Shown: positions 1-10,236, numbered from the stretch's first letter. The stretch is 64,000 nt of DNA from Candidatus Moranbacteria bacterium GW2011_GWE2_35_2- (GCA_000990585.1 LBQD01000001.1:62965-126964), one strand, 5' to 3'. Made by a program: numbers and translations. Notes: generated by a model from the letters alone, not told the origin.

Positions 1-978
1 ACTGGAGAAATTGGAGCATTAGTAGGAATGAAAAATACAACCACTGGTGATACTTTGACGGAAATCGGAAATCCAGTAGTGCTTGAAAAAATTATTTTTC
101 CCGAGCCGGTTATTGATATTGCCGTTGAACCAAAAACAAAAGCTGACCAAGAAAAAATGGGAATGGCCCTTAAGAAATTATCAGAAGAAGACCCAACTTT
201 TCGTGTGCGTAGCGACGAAGAAACCGGACAAACGATTATTTCCGGAATGGGAGAACTTCATTTGGATGTTTTGGTTGACAGAATGAAAAGAGAATTTAAA
301 GTCGAAGCGAATATCGGACAGCCGCAAGTTGCGTATCGTGAAACTATTAAGATAATGGCGGAAGCGGAAGGAAAATATATCAAACAATCCGGAGGGCGTG
401 GACAATACGGACATTGTTGGGTTCGTTTGGAACCACAAGATCCGGGTAAAGATTTTGAATTTATTGATGAAATCAAAGGAGGAGTTATTCCTCAGGAATA
501 TATAACTCCAATCGGAAAAGGAATCAAAGAAGCGATGCAAAACGGAGTTCTTGCTGGATATCCGATGGTAGACATTAAAGCCACTTTGTATGATGGATCA
601 TATCACGAAGTGGATTCGTCAGAAGCAGCTTTCAAAATTGCCGGATCGATGGCGTTTCAGGCAGCGGCAAAAAGAGCCAATCCTATTTTATTGGAGCCGA
701 TTATGAAAGTTGTAGCAATTACCCCGGAGAATTTTATGGGAGATGTTGTGGGTGATATCAATTCCCGTCGAGGAATTATTAAGGAAATCAATGACCGTGG
801 AGAAGGAAATGCGGTGATAAAAGAAATTGAAGCGGAGGTTCCGCTTGCGAATATGTTCGGTTATGCAACTCAACTTCGTTCAATGACACAGGGTAGAGCT
901 AGCTATGCAATGGAATTTGGACACTATGCTGAAGTTCCAAAAAACGTCGCCGAAGAAGTAATTGGAAAAGGGAAATGA
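1..978 (+). CDS. fusA: Elongation factor G, C-terminal part (5' end lies outside the window); ends with TGA
   Basis: Frame 1 is open from nt 1. Translation matches EF-G domains III-V (GELHLDV..., YHEVDSS, ...) throughout. Confidence 0.95.
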   Translation, partial: TGEIGALVGMKNTTTGDTLTEIGNPVVLEKIIFPEPVIDIAVEPKTKADQEKMGMALKKLSEEDPTFRVRSDEETGQTIISGMGELHLDVLVDRMKREFKVEANIGQPQVAYRETIKIMAEAEGKYIKQSGGRGQYGHCWVRLEPQDPGKDFEFIDEIKGGVIPQEYITPIGKGIKEAMQNGVLAGYPMVDIKATLYDGSYHEVDSSEAAFKIAGSMAFQAAAKRANPILLEPIMKVVAITPENFMGDVVGDINSRRGIIKEINDRGEGNAVIKEIEAEVPLANMFGYATQLRSMTQGRASYAMEFGHYAEVPKNVAEEVIGKGK

Positions 979-1003
979 ACGACCTGGGAATATTTTCAAT
1001 AAA

Positions 1004-1037
1004 AAATAATCTTGCATTTCTACAAGATTATTTTTTA
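1004..1037 (+). terminator. Rho-independent terminator after fusA
   Basis: Stem ATAATCTTG / CAAGATTAT with an 8-nt loop, followed by a T6 run. Confidence 0.7.
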
Positions 1038-1204
1038 TTGAAATTGTAATTATTGTAAGTAATAATTTTTAGCAGTAAAAAATATAAATTGATTATTTTC
1101 ATAGAACAATTTAGATATGAAAAAAATTCAATCGAAAAATAAATATAATTTGCAGATATGTTGTGGAATATAGGATGTATAGTTGGAATTGATTGCGCGA
1201 ACTC

Positions 1205-1305
1205 TTGACAGGATTTATTTTGGTTGATATTATTAATAGGTTGAATTTTTTATTTGTGTACATACGGAAGGGGTTGACAGATGATTGGATTCTGTTAGTA
1301 TAGAA
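1205..1305 (+). promoter_or_regulatory. Two tandem sigma70-like promoters upstream of tuf
   Basis: TTGACA-17nt-TATTAT at ~1205-1233, and TTGACA-16nt-TAGTAT at ~1274-1301. Confidence 0.45.
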
Positions 1306-1424
1306 ATACGTTAAAAAACGAAATAAAATATTATTTATTTAAGTAATTAACAAGTTCGCAAGAATGCGAGAATTGTTTTAGCGCTTTGGCTGAAACTTCC
1401 GCAACATTTGCAAAAAATAAAACT

Positions 1425-2615
1425 ATGGCAGAGCAATTTAAGAGAGACAAGACCCATGTTAACGTTGGAACAATCGGACACGTTGATCATGGAAAAACAA
1501 CTTTGACCGCCGCTATTCTTCATGTGCTTTCTCTAAAAGGAATGGCAAAGGCAAGAAAAGTAGATGAAATTGATAATGCGCCGGAAGAAAGAGAACGCGG
1601 AATCACTATTGCTACCGCTCACTGTGAATATGAATCCGACAAAAGACACTATGCTCATGTTGACTGTCCGGGACATGCCGATTATATCAAAAATATGATC
1701 ACCGGGGCAGCTCAGATGGACGGAGCAGTTTTGGTTGTGAGCGCGACTGACGGACCTATGCCTCAGACTCGCGAGCACATTCTCTTGGCTCGCCAAGTAG
1801 GAGTGCCTGCTATTGTTGTTTTCATTAATAAAGTTGATATGGTTGATGATCCAGAATTGATTGATTTGGTTGAAGCTGAAGTTCGTGAACTTTTGTCTAA
1901 ATATGAATTTGACGGAGACAATGCAACCGTTGTCCGTGGAAGTGCTATTAAAGCTTTAGAATCTGCTTCCGTTGAAGATGAATCTGCAAAACCGGTAATT
2001 GATTTGATTGCTGCATTGGATGAAAAAATTCCTGATCCTATTCGAGATACAGAAAAGCCTTTACTTATGCCTATTGAAGATATTTTTTCAATTGAAGGGC
2101 GCGGAACAGTAGCTACCGGAAGAATTGAAAGAGGTGTTTTGAATTTGAATGACGAAGTTGAAATTATCGGAATCAAAGATACTCAAAAGACTGTTGTAAC
2201 CGGAATTGAAATGTTCAATAAACAATTGGATAAAGGAATGGCTGGGGATAATGCCGGAGTTCTCTTGCGAGGAATTAAAAAAGAAGATATTGAGCGCGGG
2301 CAGGTTATTGCCAAACCGGGTTCGATTACCCCGCATACTGAATTTGAAGGAGAAATTTATGTTTTAACAAAAGAAGAAGGCGGACGACATACCCCTTTCT
2401 TTAAGGGATATAAACCTCAATTCTATATTCGAACAACTGATGTTACTGGAGAAGTTATTCTTCCAGAAGGAACTGAGATGGTTATGCCTGGAGATACCGT
2501 GAGCTTGATTATTAAATTGGGATCACCGGTAGCGATGGAAGAGGGAATGAGATTTGCGATTCGTGAAGGAGGAAGAACAGTCGGTGCTGGTATTGCTACC
2601 AAGATTATTAAATAA
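1425..2615 (+). CDS. tuf: Elongation factor Tu
   Basis: [27 protein letters not shown]... A GTPase over its full length. The ATG at 1425 is preferred over the upstream TTG at 1386. Confidence 0.95.
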   Translation: MAEQFKRDKTHVNVGTIGHVDHGKTTLTAAILHVLSLKGMAKARKVDEIDNAPEERERGITIATAHCEYESDKRHYAHVDCPGHADYIKNMITGAAQMDGAVLVVSATDGPMPQTREHILLARQVGVPAIVVFINKVDMVDDPELIDLVEAEVRELLSKYEFDGDNATVVRGSAIKALESASVEDESAKPVIDLIAALDEKIPDPIRDTEKPLLMPIEDIFSIEGRGTVATGRIERGVLNLNDEVEIIGIKDTQKTVVTGIEMFNKQLDKGMAGDNAGVLLRGIKKEDIERGQVIAKPGSITPHTEFEGEIYVLTKEEGGRHTPFFKGYKPQFYIRTTDVTGEVILPEGTEMVMPGDTVSLIIKLGSPVAMEEGMRFAIREGGRTVGAGIATKIIK

Positions 2616-2629
2616 ATTTGTTGATGTTT

Positions 2630-2656
2630 TTCGGGAGCGGAGCAACTGCTCCCGAA
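2630..2656 (+). promoter_or_regulatory. Perfect 9-bp stem hairpin between tuf and rpsJ (leader/attenuator-like)
   Basis: TTCGGGAGC-ggagcaact-GCTCCCGAA. No T-run follows, but TATAAT-like sequence does. Confidence 0.4.
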
Positions 2657-2677
2657 AGTATAATTATAAAATTTGAA

Positions 2678-3001
2678 ATGACGAATAAATCAGAAGAACA
2701 ATCAAGAGTAAGGATTAAGATCAAGGCCTATGATAACAAAGTCATTGATCAATCTGCCAAGCAGATTGTTGAAACGGCTTTGCGTAGCGGTAGTGAAATT
2801 TCTGGACCGATTCCGCTTCCGACCGAGATTCACAAGGTTACTGTGAATAAGTCCACTTTTGTGCACAAAGACGCACGTGATCAATATGAAATGCGAGTTC
2901 ACAAGAGATTGATTGACATTATTAACCCGAAACCGAAAACGATTGATGATTTGACTAATCTTGATTTGCCGGCGGGAGTGGATATTGAAATTAAAATGTA
3001 A
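2678..3001 (+). CDS. rpsJ: 30S ribosomal protein S10
   Basis: [19 protein letters not shown]... matches S10. The internal ATG at 2678 is the preferred start. Confidence 0.93.
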   Translation: MTNKSEEQSRVRIKIKAYDNKVIDQSAKQIVETALRSGSEISGPIPLPTEIHKVTVNKSTFVHKDARDQYEMRVHKRLIDIINPKPKTIDDLTNLDLPAGVDIEIKM

Positions 3002-3111
3002 CAAGAGATAGTCTGGTTAAAGTCCCGGTCGCGGGATACTCAACTGGCCAATAGATTCGAAAGAATAAAACTGGCTTTGGGTGAAAAAGCAGTTTTTTTA
3101 TTGAAAAAGAT

Positions 3112-3672
3112 ATGAAATTTATTTTAGGAAAAAAGATCGGGATGACAACTATATATGATGAACAGAAAGGCGCTTTAAATGTGACCTTGATTGAATGTGA
3201 ACCGAATATTGTGAATTGCGTTCGAAATATGGAAAAAGACGGATATACAGCTGTTCAAATTAAAACGAAAAAAACTTGCAATAAATCGCTTTGTCGTGAA
3301 ATGCGAGTGTCCGATGTTCAGATTAAAAAAGATGATAAAATTTCTTTGGATGTTTTTGAAATTGGAGATATTGTGAATATTCGTGGAATTACAAAAGGAA
3401 AAGGATTTCAGGGAGTAATGAAACGTCATGGATTTCATGGTTCCCCTGCTTCCCATGGACATAGGCACGATCATCGCGCCCCTGGTTCGATCGGAAGTGC
3501 TTTTCCGGAACACGTTATTAAGGGAAAAAAGATGGCAGGAAGAATGGGGACAAATAAATTAACAGTGAAAAATTTGGAAGTTGTATTTATTGATAAGGAA
3601 AATAATTTGCTCGCAGTTAAGGGAGCGATTCCGGGAGTTTCAGGAAGATTTGTTGAAGTTTTGGGAAAATAA
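3112..3672 (+). CDS. rplC: 50S ribosomal protein L3
   Basis: KIGMTTIYDEQ... and ...GKGFQGVMKRHGF match L3. Confidence 0.92.
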   Translation: MKFILGKKIGMTTIYDEQKGALNVTLIECEPNIVNCVRNMEKDGYTAVQIKTKKTCNKSLCREMRVSDVQIKKDDKISLDVFEIGDIVNIRGITKGKGFQGVMKRHGFHGSPASHGHRHDHRAPGSIGSAFPEHVIKGKKMAGRMGTNKLTVKNLEVVFIDKENNLLAVKGAIPGVSGRFVEVLGK

Positions 3673-3697
3673 GATGCAACGAAATTAAAAGAATTTT

Positions 3698-4339
3698 ATG
3701 GCAAAAATAACTATTCAAAATTTAAAGGGTGAGAAAGTCGGAGAGCTTAAACTTCTGGATGCTGTATTTGGATTGCCGGCTAATGATAGTTTGGTGCATC
3801 AGGTTTTTGTTTCAATGTCGGGAAATCGAAGGCAAGTAATCGCGCATGCAAAAGACAGAGGAGAAAGAGCTGGTTCGGGAAAAAAACCATGGAAACAAAA
3901 AGGCACAGGACGTGCCCGATCCGGAAGCGTGCGTAGTCCTCTTTGGAAAGGCGGAGGTGTTACCTTTGGTCCTACAAAGGATAGAAATTTTAAGTCAAAA
4001 ATCAACAAGAAGATGAGTCAAAAGGCTTTGAAAATTGTTTTAAGTGGGAAAGTTGCGGATAATTCTTTGATAGTTTTAGATGAATTGGCACTTGCTAAAA
4101 AGAAAACGAAACAGGCTGCTAGTGGATTGAAAAAACTTGGACTTAGTGGAAGTATTTTAATTGGATTTTCAGAAAAAGAAAAGGATTTTCAATTATTTTT
4201 TCAAAATATTGAAGGCGTATCAAATATCCCTGTTGAAGGTTTGAATGTATATGACATGCTTATGCGTAAGAATTTGGTTTTAAGTAAGGACGCTGTAAAA
4301 TATCTGGAAAAGAAATATTCTAAAGAAGAAAATAACTAA
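3698..4339 (+). CDS. rplD: 50S ribosomal protein L4
   Basis: KPWKQKGTGRARSGS...PLWKGGGVTFGP. Confidence 0.92.
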   Translation: MAKITIQNLKGEKVGELKLLDAVFGLPANDSLVHQVFVSMSGNRRQVIAHAKDRGERAGSGKKPWKQKGTGRARSGSVRSPLWKGGGVTFGPTKDRNFKSKINKKMSQKALKIVLSGKVADNSLIVLDELALAKKKTKQAASGLKKLGLSGSILIGFSEKEKDFQLFFQNIEGVSNIPVEGLNVYDMLMRKNLVLSKDAVKYLEKKYSKEENN

Positions 4340-4347
4340 GAAAAAAT

Positions 4348-4728
4348 ATGTCTCCAAGTAATGATGTAAAAAATGAAAATGAGAATAAAGCTGAGTTTAA
4401 GAATAAAGCTGATTTGAAAATGGAAACAAAAGAAGTTAAAAATAGTTTGGCGTATCGTTATTTGATTGCGCCATGGATTACCGAGAAATCTCACTCACAA
4501 ATGGCTTCGAATAAATATATTTTCAAGGTTTTCAAAAATTCTAATAAGAAAAATATTGCAGCAGCAGTGGAATCATTATATGGAGTTGATGTTATTGGAG
4601 TTAATACGGTTAGTATATCTTCTAAAAAAAGAAGATATGGAAAAACGATTGGCAAGAAATCTGCAATCAAAAAAGCAATGGTATCATTGAAAGAAGGAGA
4701 TAAGATTGATATTTTTGAAGGAGCATAA
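4348..4728 (+). CDS. rplW: 50S ribosomal protein L23 (N-terminal extension, or the true start is at the internal M near 4420)
   Basis: AYRYLIAPWITEKS... L23 core; position after L4. Confidence 0.85.
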   Translation: MSPSNDVKNENENKAEFKNKADLKMETKEVKNSLAYRYLIAPWITEKSHSQMASNKYIFKVFKNSNKKNIAAAVESLYGVDVIGVNTVSISSKKRRYGKTIGKKSAIKKAMVSLKEGDKIDIFEGA

Positions 4729-4756
4729 TAATTTTTTATCAACTAAGAGTTAAAAT

Positions 4757-5098
4757 ATGTCACGAAGTTTAAAAAAAGGTCCTTATGTGGATGAAAGGAT
4801 TTTGAAAAAAATTTCTAATAGAGCCGCCGGAGATAATTCAAGAATAAAGACATGGTCACGTTCTTGTACAGTTACGCCGGAAATGGTTGGAATTACATTC
4901 GAAATTCATAATGGAAAAATTTTTGTTCCTGTGTTTATTACTGAGGATATGGTAGGTCACAAATTCGGAGAATTTGCTCCAACTAGAACTTTCTTCCGTC
5001 ATGGAGGGAAGATGCAAAAGGAACAAGAATTAGCAGCTAAACAGAAAGAAATTGATACCGCGAAGGCAATTAAGGCGGATAGCGTAAAAAAGAAATAA
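4757..5098 (+). CDS. rpsS: 30S ribosomal protein S19
   Basis: [12 protein letters not shown]...TWSRS...HNGK...[20 protein letters not shown]. Confidence 0.93.
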   Translation: MSRSLKKGPYVDERILKKISNRAAGDNSRIKTWSRSCTVTPEMVGITFEIHNGKIFVPVFITEDMVGHKFGEFAPTRTFFRHGGKMQKEQELAAKQKEIDTAKAIKADSVKKK

Positions 5099-5139
5099 GA
5101 AATTAGAAATTAAGAATAATTAGGAATTATATAAATCCA

Positions 5140-5715
5140 ATGAAGGTTAATGCAAAATTAAAAAATTTAAGAGTTTCTCCTCGCAAAGTTAGACTGACTA
5201 CTGAGTTAATAAAAGGTATGGAGGTTGGTGATGCGATAGATCAAATAAGCGCTAATATAAAGCGTGCCAACGAGCCTATTATTAAGCTAATCAAGAGCGC
5301 TGTTGCCAGTGCGGAGAATGATTTTGGTTTGGATGCGAGCAATTTGTATATTTCTGATATTCGTGTCGATGCCGGGATTACGTTAAAGAGATGGATGCCT
5401 CGGGCATATGGACGAGCTACACAAATTTTGAAAAGAAGTTCTTGTGTTAAGCTTACGTTAAATGAAATAGTTGAGGGGAAAAACAGAAAATCAAAACAGC
5501 AAATTGATAAAGAGAAAAAAGCGAGAGAAAAGTCTGTAAAGATTGCTGAAAAGGAAATTACTGAAGGCAAAAAAGAATTAAGCGAAAGAGTTGAAGAGAA
5601 AAAGGAATCTATTTTGACGGATGTAAAAAAAGAACATCATGAAGTTGAAGCGAAAAGAAAAGAAAGCAGGCAATCCGGATGGACAAATAAAATTTTTAGA
5701 AGAAAATCAAGCTAG
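5140..5715 (+). CDS. rplV: 50S ribosomal protein L22 with a ~80-aa K/E-rich C-terminal extension
   Basis: SPRKVRL...MPRAYGRATQILKRSSCVKL is the L22 core. A charged low-complexity tail follows. Confidence 0.9.
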   Translation: MKVNAKLKNLRVSPRKVRLTTELIKGMEVGDAIDQISANIKRANEPIIKLIKSAVASAENDFGLDASNLYISDIRVDAGITLKRWMPRAYGRATQILKRSSCVKLTLNEIVEGKNRKSKQQIDKEKKAREKSVKIAEKEITEGKKELSERVEEKKESILTDVKKEHHEVEAKRKESRQSGWTNKIFRRKSS

Positions 5716-5762
5716 GAATTAAGCGTAAATCAATTAAGTTGATAATTTAGTAAAGAAATAGC

Positions 5763-6590
5763 ATGGCGATTAAAGTTTACAAAAGAAATACTGCCGGGCG
5801 AAGAAATATGTCGATTGTGAAACCCGACAATCTTACTGATAAAAAACCAGAGAAATCTTTGCTTGCGAAAAAAAGCAAAAAATCAGGAAGATCTCATGGA
5901 AAAATTTCTGTGCGTCATATGGGTGGCGGACATAAGCAAAAATATCGAGTTATTGATTTTAAACAGAATAAACTTGGTATTTCCGGAAAAATTGAAGCAA
6001 TTGAAAAAGATCCAAATAGGAGCGCTTTGATAGCTTTGGTTTATTATAAGGATGGAGAGAAGCGGTATGTTATTGCTACTGAAAATATGAAGAAAGGGCA
6101 AGAAATAATTACAGATGAAAAAGCTCCATTAAAAGAGGGAAATAGATTGAAATTGAAAAATATTTTACCAGGAACTGTTATTTCCAATATTGAGATTGTT
6201 CAAGGAAAGGGAGGGCAAATGGTTAGAAGTGCTGGATCGGAAGCGACATTGATGGGTGTTGACAATAAGATGGCACAGATAAAATTGTCATCCGGAGAAA
6301 TAAGGTTGATTAACTGTCAATGTTATGCAACAATAGGAAAGGTTAGTAATTTTGAGCACAATGCGATTCGAATTGGAAAAGCAGGAAAGAGTCGTTGGTT
6401 GGGAAGACGTCCGGTAGTTCGAGGAAGCGCAATGAATCCGGTTGATCATCCACACGGAGGAGGAGAAGGTCGTCAAGGAATCGGATTGAAGTATCCTAAA
6501 ACTCCTTGGGGAAAACCAGCATTGGGAAAAAAGACTAGAAGAAGCAAGAAACATAGTAGTAAATATATAATTAAGCGAAGAACGAAATAA
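5763..6590 (+). CDS. rplB: 50S ribosomal protein L2
   Basis: GGGHKQKYRVIDF...HPHGGGEGR. Confidence 0.95.
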   Translation: MAIKVYKRNTAGRRNMSIVKPDNLTDKKPEKSLLAKKSKKSGRSHGKISVRHMGGGHKQKYRVIDFKQNKLGISGKIEAIEKDPNRSALIALVYYKDGEKRYVIATENMKKGQEIITDEKAPLKEGNRLKLKNILPGTVISNIEIVQGKGGQMVRSAGSEATLMGVDNKMAQIKLSSGEIRLINCQCYATIGKVSNFEHNAIRIGKAGKSRWLGRRPVVRGSAMNPVDHPHGGGEGRQGIGLKYPKTPWGKPALGKKTRRSKKHSSKYIIKRRTK

Positions 6591-6597
6591 TAAGGAT

Positions 6598-7239
6598 ATG
6601 GGAAAAAAGGTTAATCCAATAGGAATAAGACTGGGAATTACCACTTCGTGGAGGTCTAAATGGTTTGGCGGAAGAAATTTTGCCAAGAATTTGAAAGAAG
6701 ATGTGCAAATTCGCCAAGCAATAATGAAACAATGGAAAGCAGCAGCGATTGCTGATGTTAATATTGAAAGAAATTCGGGAATGATTAAGGTTATCATTCT
6801 TACGTCTCGACCTGGAATGTTAATTGGACGTGGAGGAACCGGAATCGAAGATATTAATCGTTTGATTAAACAAAAGTTTTTTGCAGGCAAGAAGATTGAA
6901 TTGAAAGTTGAGGTAAGGGAAATTCGTCAGTTTGAAGAAAATGCCCAGTTGGTGGCGCAACAAGTTGCGGAGCAATTAGAGAAAAGAATGCCGTTTCGAA
7001 GAGTTTTGAAATCTACGTTGGATCAGGTGAGAAAGAATAATAAGATAAAGGGAGTGAAAATTGAGGTATCCGGAAGATTGGGAGGAGCAGAAATGTCCAG
7101 ACGCGAGTGGCTTTCTAAGGGTACTATCCCGTTACACACTCTTCGCGCCGACATTGATTTTTCCAGAGCGACTGCTATGACCACCTATGGAGCTATCGGA
7201 GTGAAGGTTTGGATTTATAAAGGGGAAATATTTGAATAA
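6598..7239 (+). CDS. rpsC: 30S ribosomal protein S3
   Basis: MGKKVNPIGIRLGITTSWRSKWF... KH and S3-C domains. Confidence 0.95.
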   Translation: MGKKVNPIGIRLGITTSWRSKWFGGRNFAKNLKEDVQIRQAIMKQWKAAAIADVNIERNSGMIKVIILTSRPGMLIGRGGTGIEDINRLIKQKFFAGKKIELKVEVREIRQFEENAQLVAQQVAEQLEKRMPFRRVLKSTLDQVRKNNKIKGVKIEVSGRLGGAEMSRREWLSKGTIPLHTLRADIDFSRATAMTTYGAIGVKVWIYKGEIFE

Positions 7240-7240
7240 A

Positions 7241-7340
7241 TTTTACAAATTACTAATTTATTTACGAATATACTAATTACTAATAATATCTGATTGGCAA
7301 TTGGTATATTCGTACCTGATTGGTAATTAGTAAACCAAAA
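7241..7340. repeat. Structured AT-rich spacer between rpsC and rplP. It carries the TACTAATTA(C) motif twice directly and once inverted, and a 10-bp inverted repeat
   Basis: tacgaatata(7264-7273) pairs with tatattcgta(7305-7314). tactaattac(7271-7280) pairs with gtaattagta(7324-7333). ctgattgg is present twice. Confidence 0.6.
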
Positions 7341-7343
7341 GAG

Positions 7344-7757
7344 ATGTTAATGATGCCGAGAAAAGTTAAACACCGAAAAATACACCGCGGAGGAGCTATC
7401 AGAGGAGTTTCCACTCGTGGAGGTAGTGTTAGTTATGGAAAATTTGCTTTGAAAGCTTTGAGTAGTGGTCTTATTTCTGCGCGCCAAATTGAATCAGCCA
7501 GACGTGCGATGACTCGCTATGTGCAAAGAGGTGGAAAGATTTGGATAAGAATTTTTCCAAGCAAACCGATGACAAAAAAAGGAGATGAAACTCCTATGGG
7601 AAAAGGAAAGGGAAGTGTGGATCATTTTGTTTCCAAGGTAAGAGCGGGAAGAGTTATGTTTGAGATGGATGGTGTTGATAGAAGTGTAGCAAAAAAAGCG
7701 ATGCAATTGGCGGCATATAAACTGGGAATAAAAACTAAATTCGTAGAAAAAGACTAA
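7344..7757 (+). CDS. rplP: 50S ribosomal protein L16 (start ambiguous between 7344 and 7353)
   Basis: MPRKVKHRKIHRG...GKGKGSVDHFV... matches L16. Confidence 0.9.
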   Translation: MLMMPRKVKHRKIHRGGAIRGVSTRGGSVSYGKFALKALSSGLISARQIESARRAMTRYVQRGGKIWIRIFPSKPMTKKGDETPMGKGKGSVDHFVSKVRAGRVMFEMDGVDRSVAKKAMQLAAYKLGIKTKFVEKD

Positions 7758-7761
7758 TTTT

Positions 7762-7953
7762 ATGAATATTAAGGAAATTAAAGAAAAAAATTTTATTGAG
7801 CTTGGAAAGATGCTCGCAGAAAAAAGGAGTGAATCGCTGAAATTACGTTTTGATATTCAATCCAAACAAGCCAAGACTCATAGAAAATATCGTGATTGCA
7901 AGCGTAATATTGCTAGAATAATGACGGTTTTAAAAAATAAGGAAGTAAAATAA
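7762..7953 (+). CDS. rpmC: 50S ribosomal protein L29
   Basis: 63 aa; L29-like: L...SLKLRFDIQSKQ.. Position after L16. Confidence 0.85.
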   Translation: MNIKEIKEKNFIELGKMLAEKRSESLKLRFDIQSKQAKTHRKYRDCKRNIARIMTVLKNKEVK

Positions 7954-7975
7954 TATTTTTGTGTGAATAAATAAT

Positions 7976-8245
7976 ATGACAAAAATTACCGAAAAACAAA
8001 GCAGCAGCATTAAGGACGCATCAAAGAAAAAGATTAGCGGGGTTGTTATGAGTGATAAAATGGATAAAACCGTAGTAGTGATGGTTAATACCCTTAAAAC
8101 GCATAAAAAATATTTGAAAAAATATCTGTCTACGAAAAAATATAAAGTTCACGATGAAAATAATGTGAAAAAAGTCGGTGATAAAATTGATTTCATTGCG
8201 TGTCGGCCGGTAAGCGGAGGAAAAAAGTTCACAGTAGTCAAATAG
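7976..8245 (+). CDS. rpsQ: 30S ribosomal protein S17
   Basis: GVVMSDKMDKTVVV...HDENN...GDKI... OB fold. Position after L29. Confidence 0.88.
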   Translation: MTKITEKQSSSIKDASKKKISGVVMSDKMDKTVVVMVNTLKTHKKYLKKYLSTKKYKVHDENNVKKVGDKIDFIACRPVSGGKKFTVVK

Positions 8246-8272
8246 TGATTTGTAAATTGTAAGCTAATATTT

Positions 8273-8638
8273 ATGATACAAGCAGAGACAAAATTAAGAG
8301 TTGCGGATAATTCAGGCGCGAAAGTGATTGAATGTTTTAAAGTTTTAGGAGGAAGCCGTCGAAGGTATGCCTATGTTGGAGATGTTATAGTGGCATCTGT
8401 AAAATCATCCGAGCCGAGAGGATCGGTTAAAAAAGGTGATAAGGTAAAAGCTCTTATTGTGAGACAAAAGCAATCATTGCGAAGAAAAGACGGATCACAT
8501 ATTAGATTTGATGAAAATGCGGCTGTGATTGTGGAAGGGATAGAGCCGAAAGGAACGCGTGTATTTGGTCCTATTGCCAGAGAAGTAAAGGAGAAGGGAT
8601 TTAGTAAGATAGCGTCATTGGCAGTTGAAGTATTATAG
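8273..8638 (+). CDS. rplN: 50S ribosomal protein L14
   Basis: [17 protein letters not shown]... Confidence 0.95.
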   Translation: MIQAETKLRVADNSGAKVIECFKVLGGSRRRYAYVGDVIVASVKSSEPRGSVKKGDKVKALIVRQKQSLRRKDGSHIRFDENAAVIVEGIEPKGTRVFGPIAREVKEKGFSKIASLAVEVL

Positions 8639-8664
8639 AAATATATAACGATTAGAGTAATTAT

Positions 8665-8973
8665 ATGAAGATAAAAAAGGGAGATAAAGTTCAAATAATT
8701 TCCGGAAAAGACAAAGGAAAGAACGGAGTTGTTTTGCGTTCAATTCCGATTCGGGAAAGAATTGTTGTTGAAGGCATAAACATTATTAAAAAGCATTCTC
8801 GAGCGAGAAAAGAAGGAGAAAAAGGAACGCGAGTTGAAATTCCTGTTTCCATTTCTATTTCCAATGCGATGCTGGTTTGTCCTAAATGTGAAAAATCAAC
8901 CAGAGTCGGATATAAAATCGTAGATGAAAAAAAGTTTAGAATATGTAAGAAATGTAAAGAAGAAATTCAATGA
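8665..8973 (+). CDS. rplX: 50S ribosomal protein L24 with a C-terminal CxxC...CxxC zinc ribbon
   Basis: MKIKKGDKVQIISGKDKGK.. KOW motif; CPKC...CKKC. Confidence 0.88.
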   Translation: MKIKKGDKVQIISGKDKGKNGVVLRSIPIRERIVVEGINIIKKHSRARKEGEKGTRVEIPVSISISNAMLVCPKCEKSTRVGYKIVDEKKFRICKKCKEEIQ

Positions 8974-9512
8974 AAATAACACCGCTTAAAACTAAATATA
9001 AAGAAATAGTTTCTGAAATGAAAAAAGAATTTGGATATTCGAATGTTATGGCTGTCCCAATAATTCAGAAAGTTGTTGTTAATGTTGGAATCGGAAAGAT
9101 AAATAAAGAGAATGATAAAATTGAAGAATTACTTGTCGCTTTGGAGGCTATTACGGGGCAAAAACCAGTGAAAACTCGCGCCAAGAATTCAATTGCTGGA
9201 TTTAAAACGAGAAAGGGAATGGAGATTGGAGTAAAAGTTACTTTGCGTGGTGAGAAGATGTGGAGTTTTCTCGATCGATTGATTAATGTTGCTTTTCCAA
9301 GAACGAGAGATTTTCAGGGAATAAAAATAAGCGGAGTTGACGAGTATGGAAATTTTAGCGTTGGAATCAAGGAGCATCTCGTTTTTCCTGAAATTTCCGC
9401 TGAAAAAACCAAGAATCTGTTTGGACTTCAGATGAATATTCAGACAACCGCGAAAAACAAGAAAGAAGGAGAGAGACTGTTTCAATTATTGAAGTTTCCA
9501 TTTTATAAATAA
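8970..9512 (+). CDS. rplE: 50S ribosomal protein L5
   Basis: ...ITGQKPV.TRAK.SIA.FK.R.GM.IG.KVTLRG..M..FLDRL. Confidence 0.93.
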   Translation: MKITPLKTKYKEIVSEMKKEFGYSNVMAVPIIQKVVVNVGIGKINKENDKIEELLVALEAITGQKPVKTRAKNSIAGFKTRKGMEIGVKVTLRGEKMWSFLDRLINVAFPRTRDFQGIKISGVDEYGNFSVGIKEHLVFPEISAEKTKNLFGLQMNIQTTAKNKKEGERLFQLLKFPFYK

Positions 9513-9554
9513 TATAATTTTTTTCAAATAATTAAGGAAGTTTAAGCTAAAAAA

Positions 9555-9740
9555 ATGGCAAAAAAATCAACCCAAGCAAGAGCAAAAAAGACACCTAAAT
9601 TTTCCACTCGAGAAGTGAGACGTTGTTGGAAATGTGGAAGAAAAAATGGATATTTGAGAAAATTTGATATTTGCCGAATTTGTTTTCGGGAATTGGCAAG
9701 TAAAGGAGAAATTCCAGGAATAAAAAAGAGCAGTTGGTAA
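9555..9740 (+). CDS. rpsZ: 30S ribosomal protein S14 type Z (zinc-binding)
   Basis: 61 aa; CWKCGR...CRIC. Confidence 0.9.
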   Translation: MAKKSTQARAKKTPKFSTREVRRCWKCGRKNGYLRKFDICRICFRELASKGEIPGIKKSSW

Positions 9741-9825
9741 TAAAATGTTAAAATGTTTAAAACGTTAAAGCCGTTATAAACGATTAGAACGTATAGAACA
9801 AATTAGAACAAATTAGAACAAACTT
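9741..9825. repeat. Spacer with a tandem 11-nt repeat (acaaattagaa x ~3) and a palindromic gttaaaatgtttaaaacgttaaa segment
   Basis: agaacaaattagaacaaattagaacaaac is read directly. Confidence 0.6.
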
Positions 9826-10236
9826 ATGTTAGATCCAATCAGTGACATGTTAACAAGAATCAGAAACGCCCAAACGGCAGGTCGAAGCGTTGTTAGAGTG
9901 CCTTCTTCAAAGGTAAAGTTTGCGGTTGCGAAAATTTTAAAGGAAGAAGGTTTTGTCAGTGCGGTTGAACTTATGAAAACAGATAAAAAATTTGATTTTA
10001 TGGAAATATCTCTGAAATATGATTTTGATAAGGATACCAATCTGAAAGTTCCCGTTATTAGTGGAATTCAAAGAATAAGTAAGGAAGGACAGAGAATTTA
10101 TGTGAAAAAAGGAGAAATTCGCAGAGTGAAAAATGGTATGGGAGTTTCAATAATTTCAACGTCAAAGGGTGTTGTTTCAGGAGAAAAAGCGCGAAAAGAT
10201 GGACTGGGAGGAGAATTAATTTGTGAAGTTTGGTAA
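9826..10236 (+). CDS. rpsH: 30S ribosomal protein S8
   Basis: DPISDMLTRIRNA... Confidence 0.93.
   Translation: MLDPISDMLTRIRNAQTAGRSVVRVPSSKVKFAVAKILKEEGFVSAVELMKTDKKFDFMEISLKYDFDKDTNLKVPVISGIQRISKEGQRIYVKKGEIRRVKNGMGVSIISTSKGVVSGEKARKDGLGGELICEVW

Noticed and set aside
181-540. Minus-strand ORFs (181-540, 258-476, 688-873) inside fusA
   Set aside because: They are antisense to a highly conserved gene, have low-complexity translations and no start context. This pattern of antisense ORFs recurs throughout, e.g. 6288-6890, 11342-11821, 13028-13378, 38460-38921.
1140-1385. Possible tRNA genes upstream of tuf, as in many bacteria
   Set aside because: No segment shows a GTTCRANYC T-loop or a cloverleaf-compatible stem. 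The region is AT-rich promoter-like sequence.
1386-1424. TTG-initiated 13-codon N-terminal extension of tuf
   Set aside because: EF-Tu N-termini are strongly conserved, and the ATG at 1425 gives the canonical M-A-x-x-F-x-R start.
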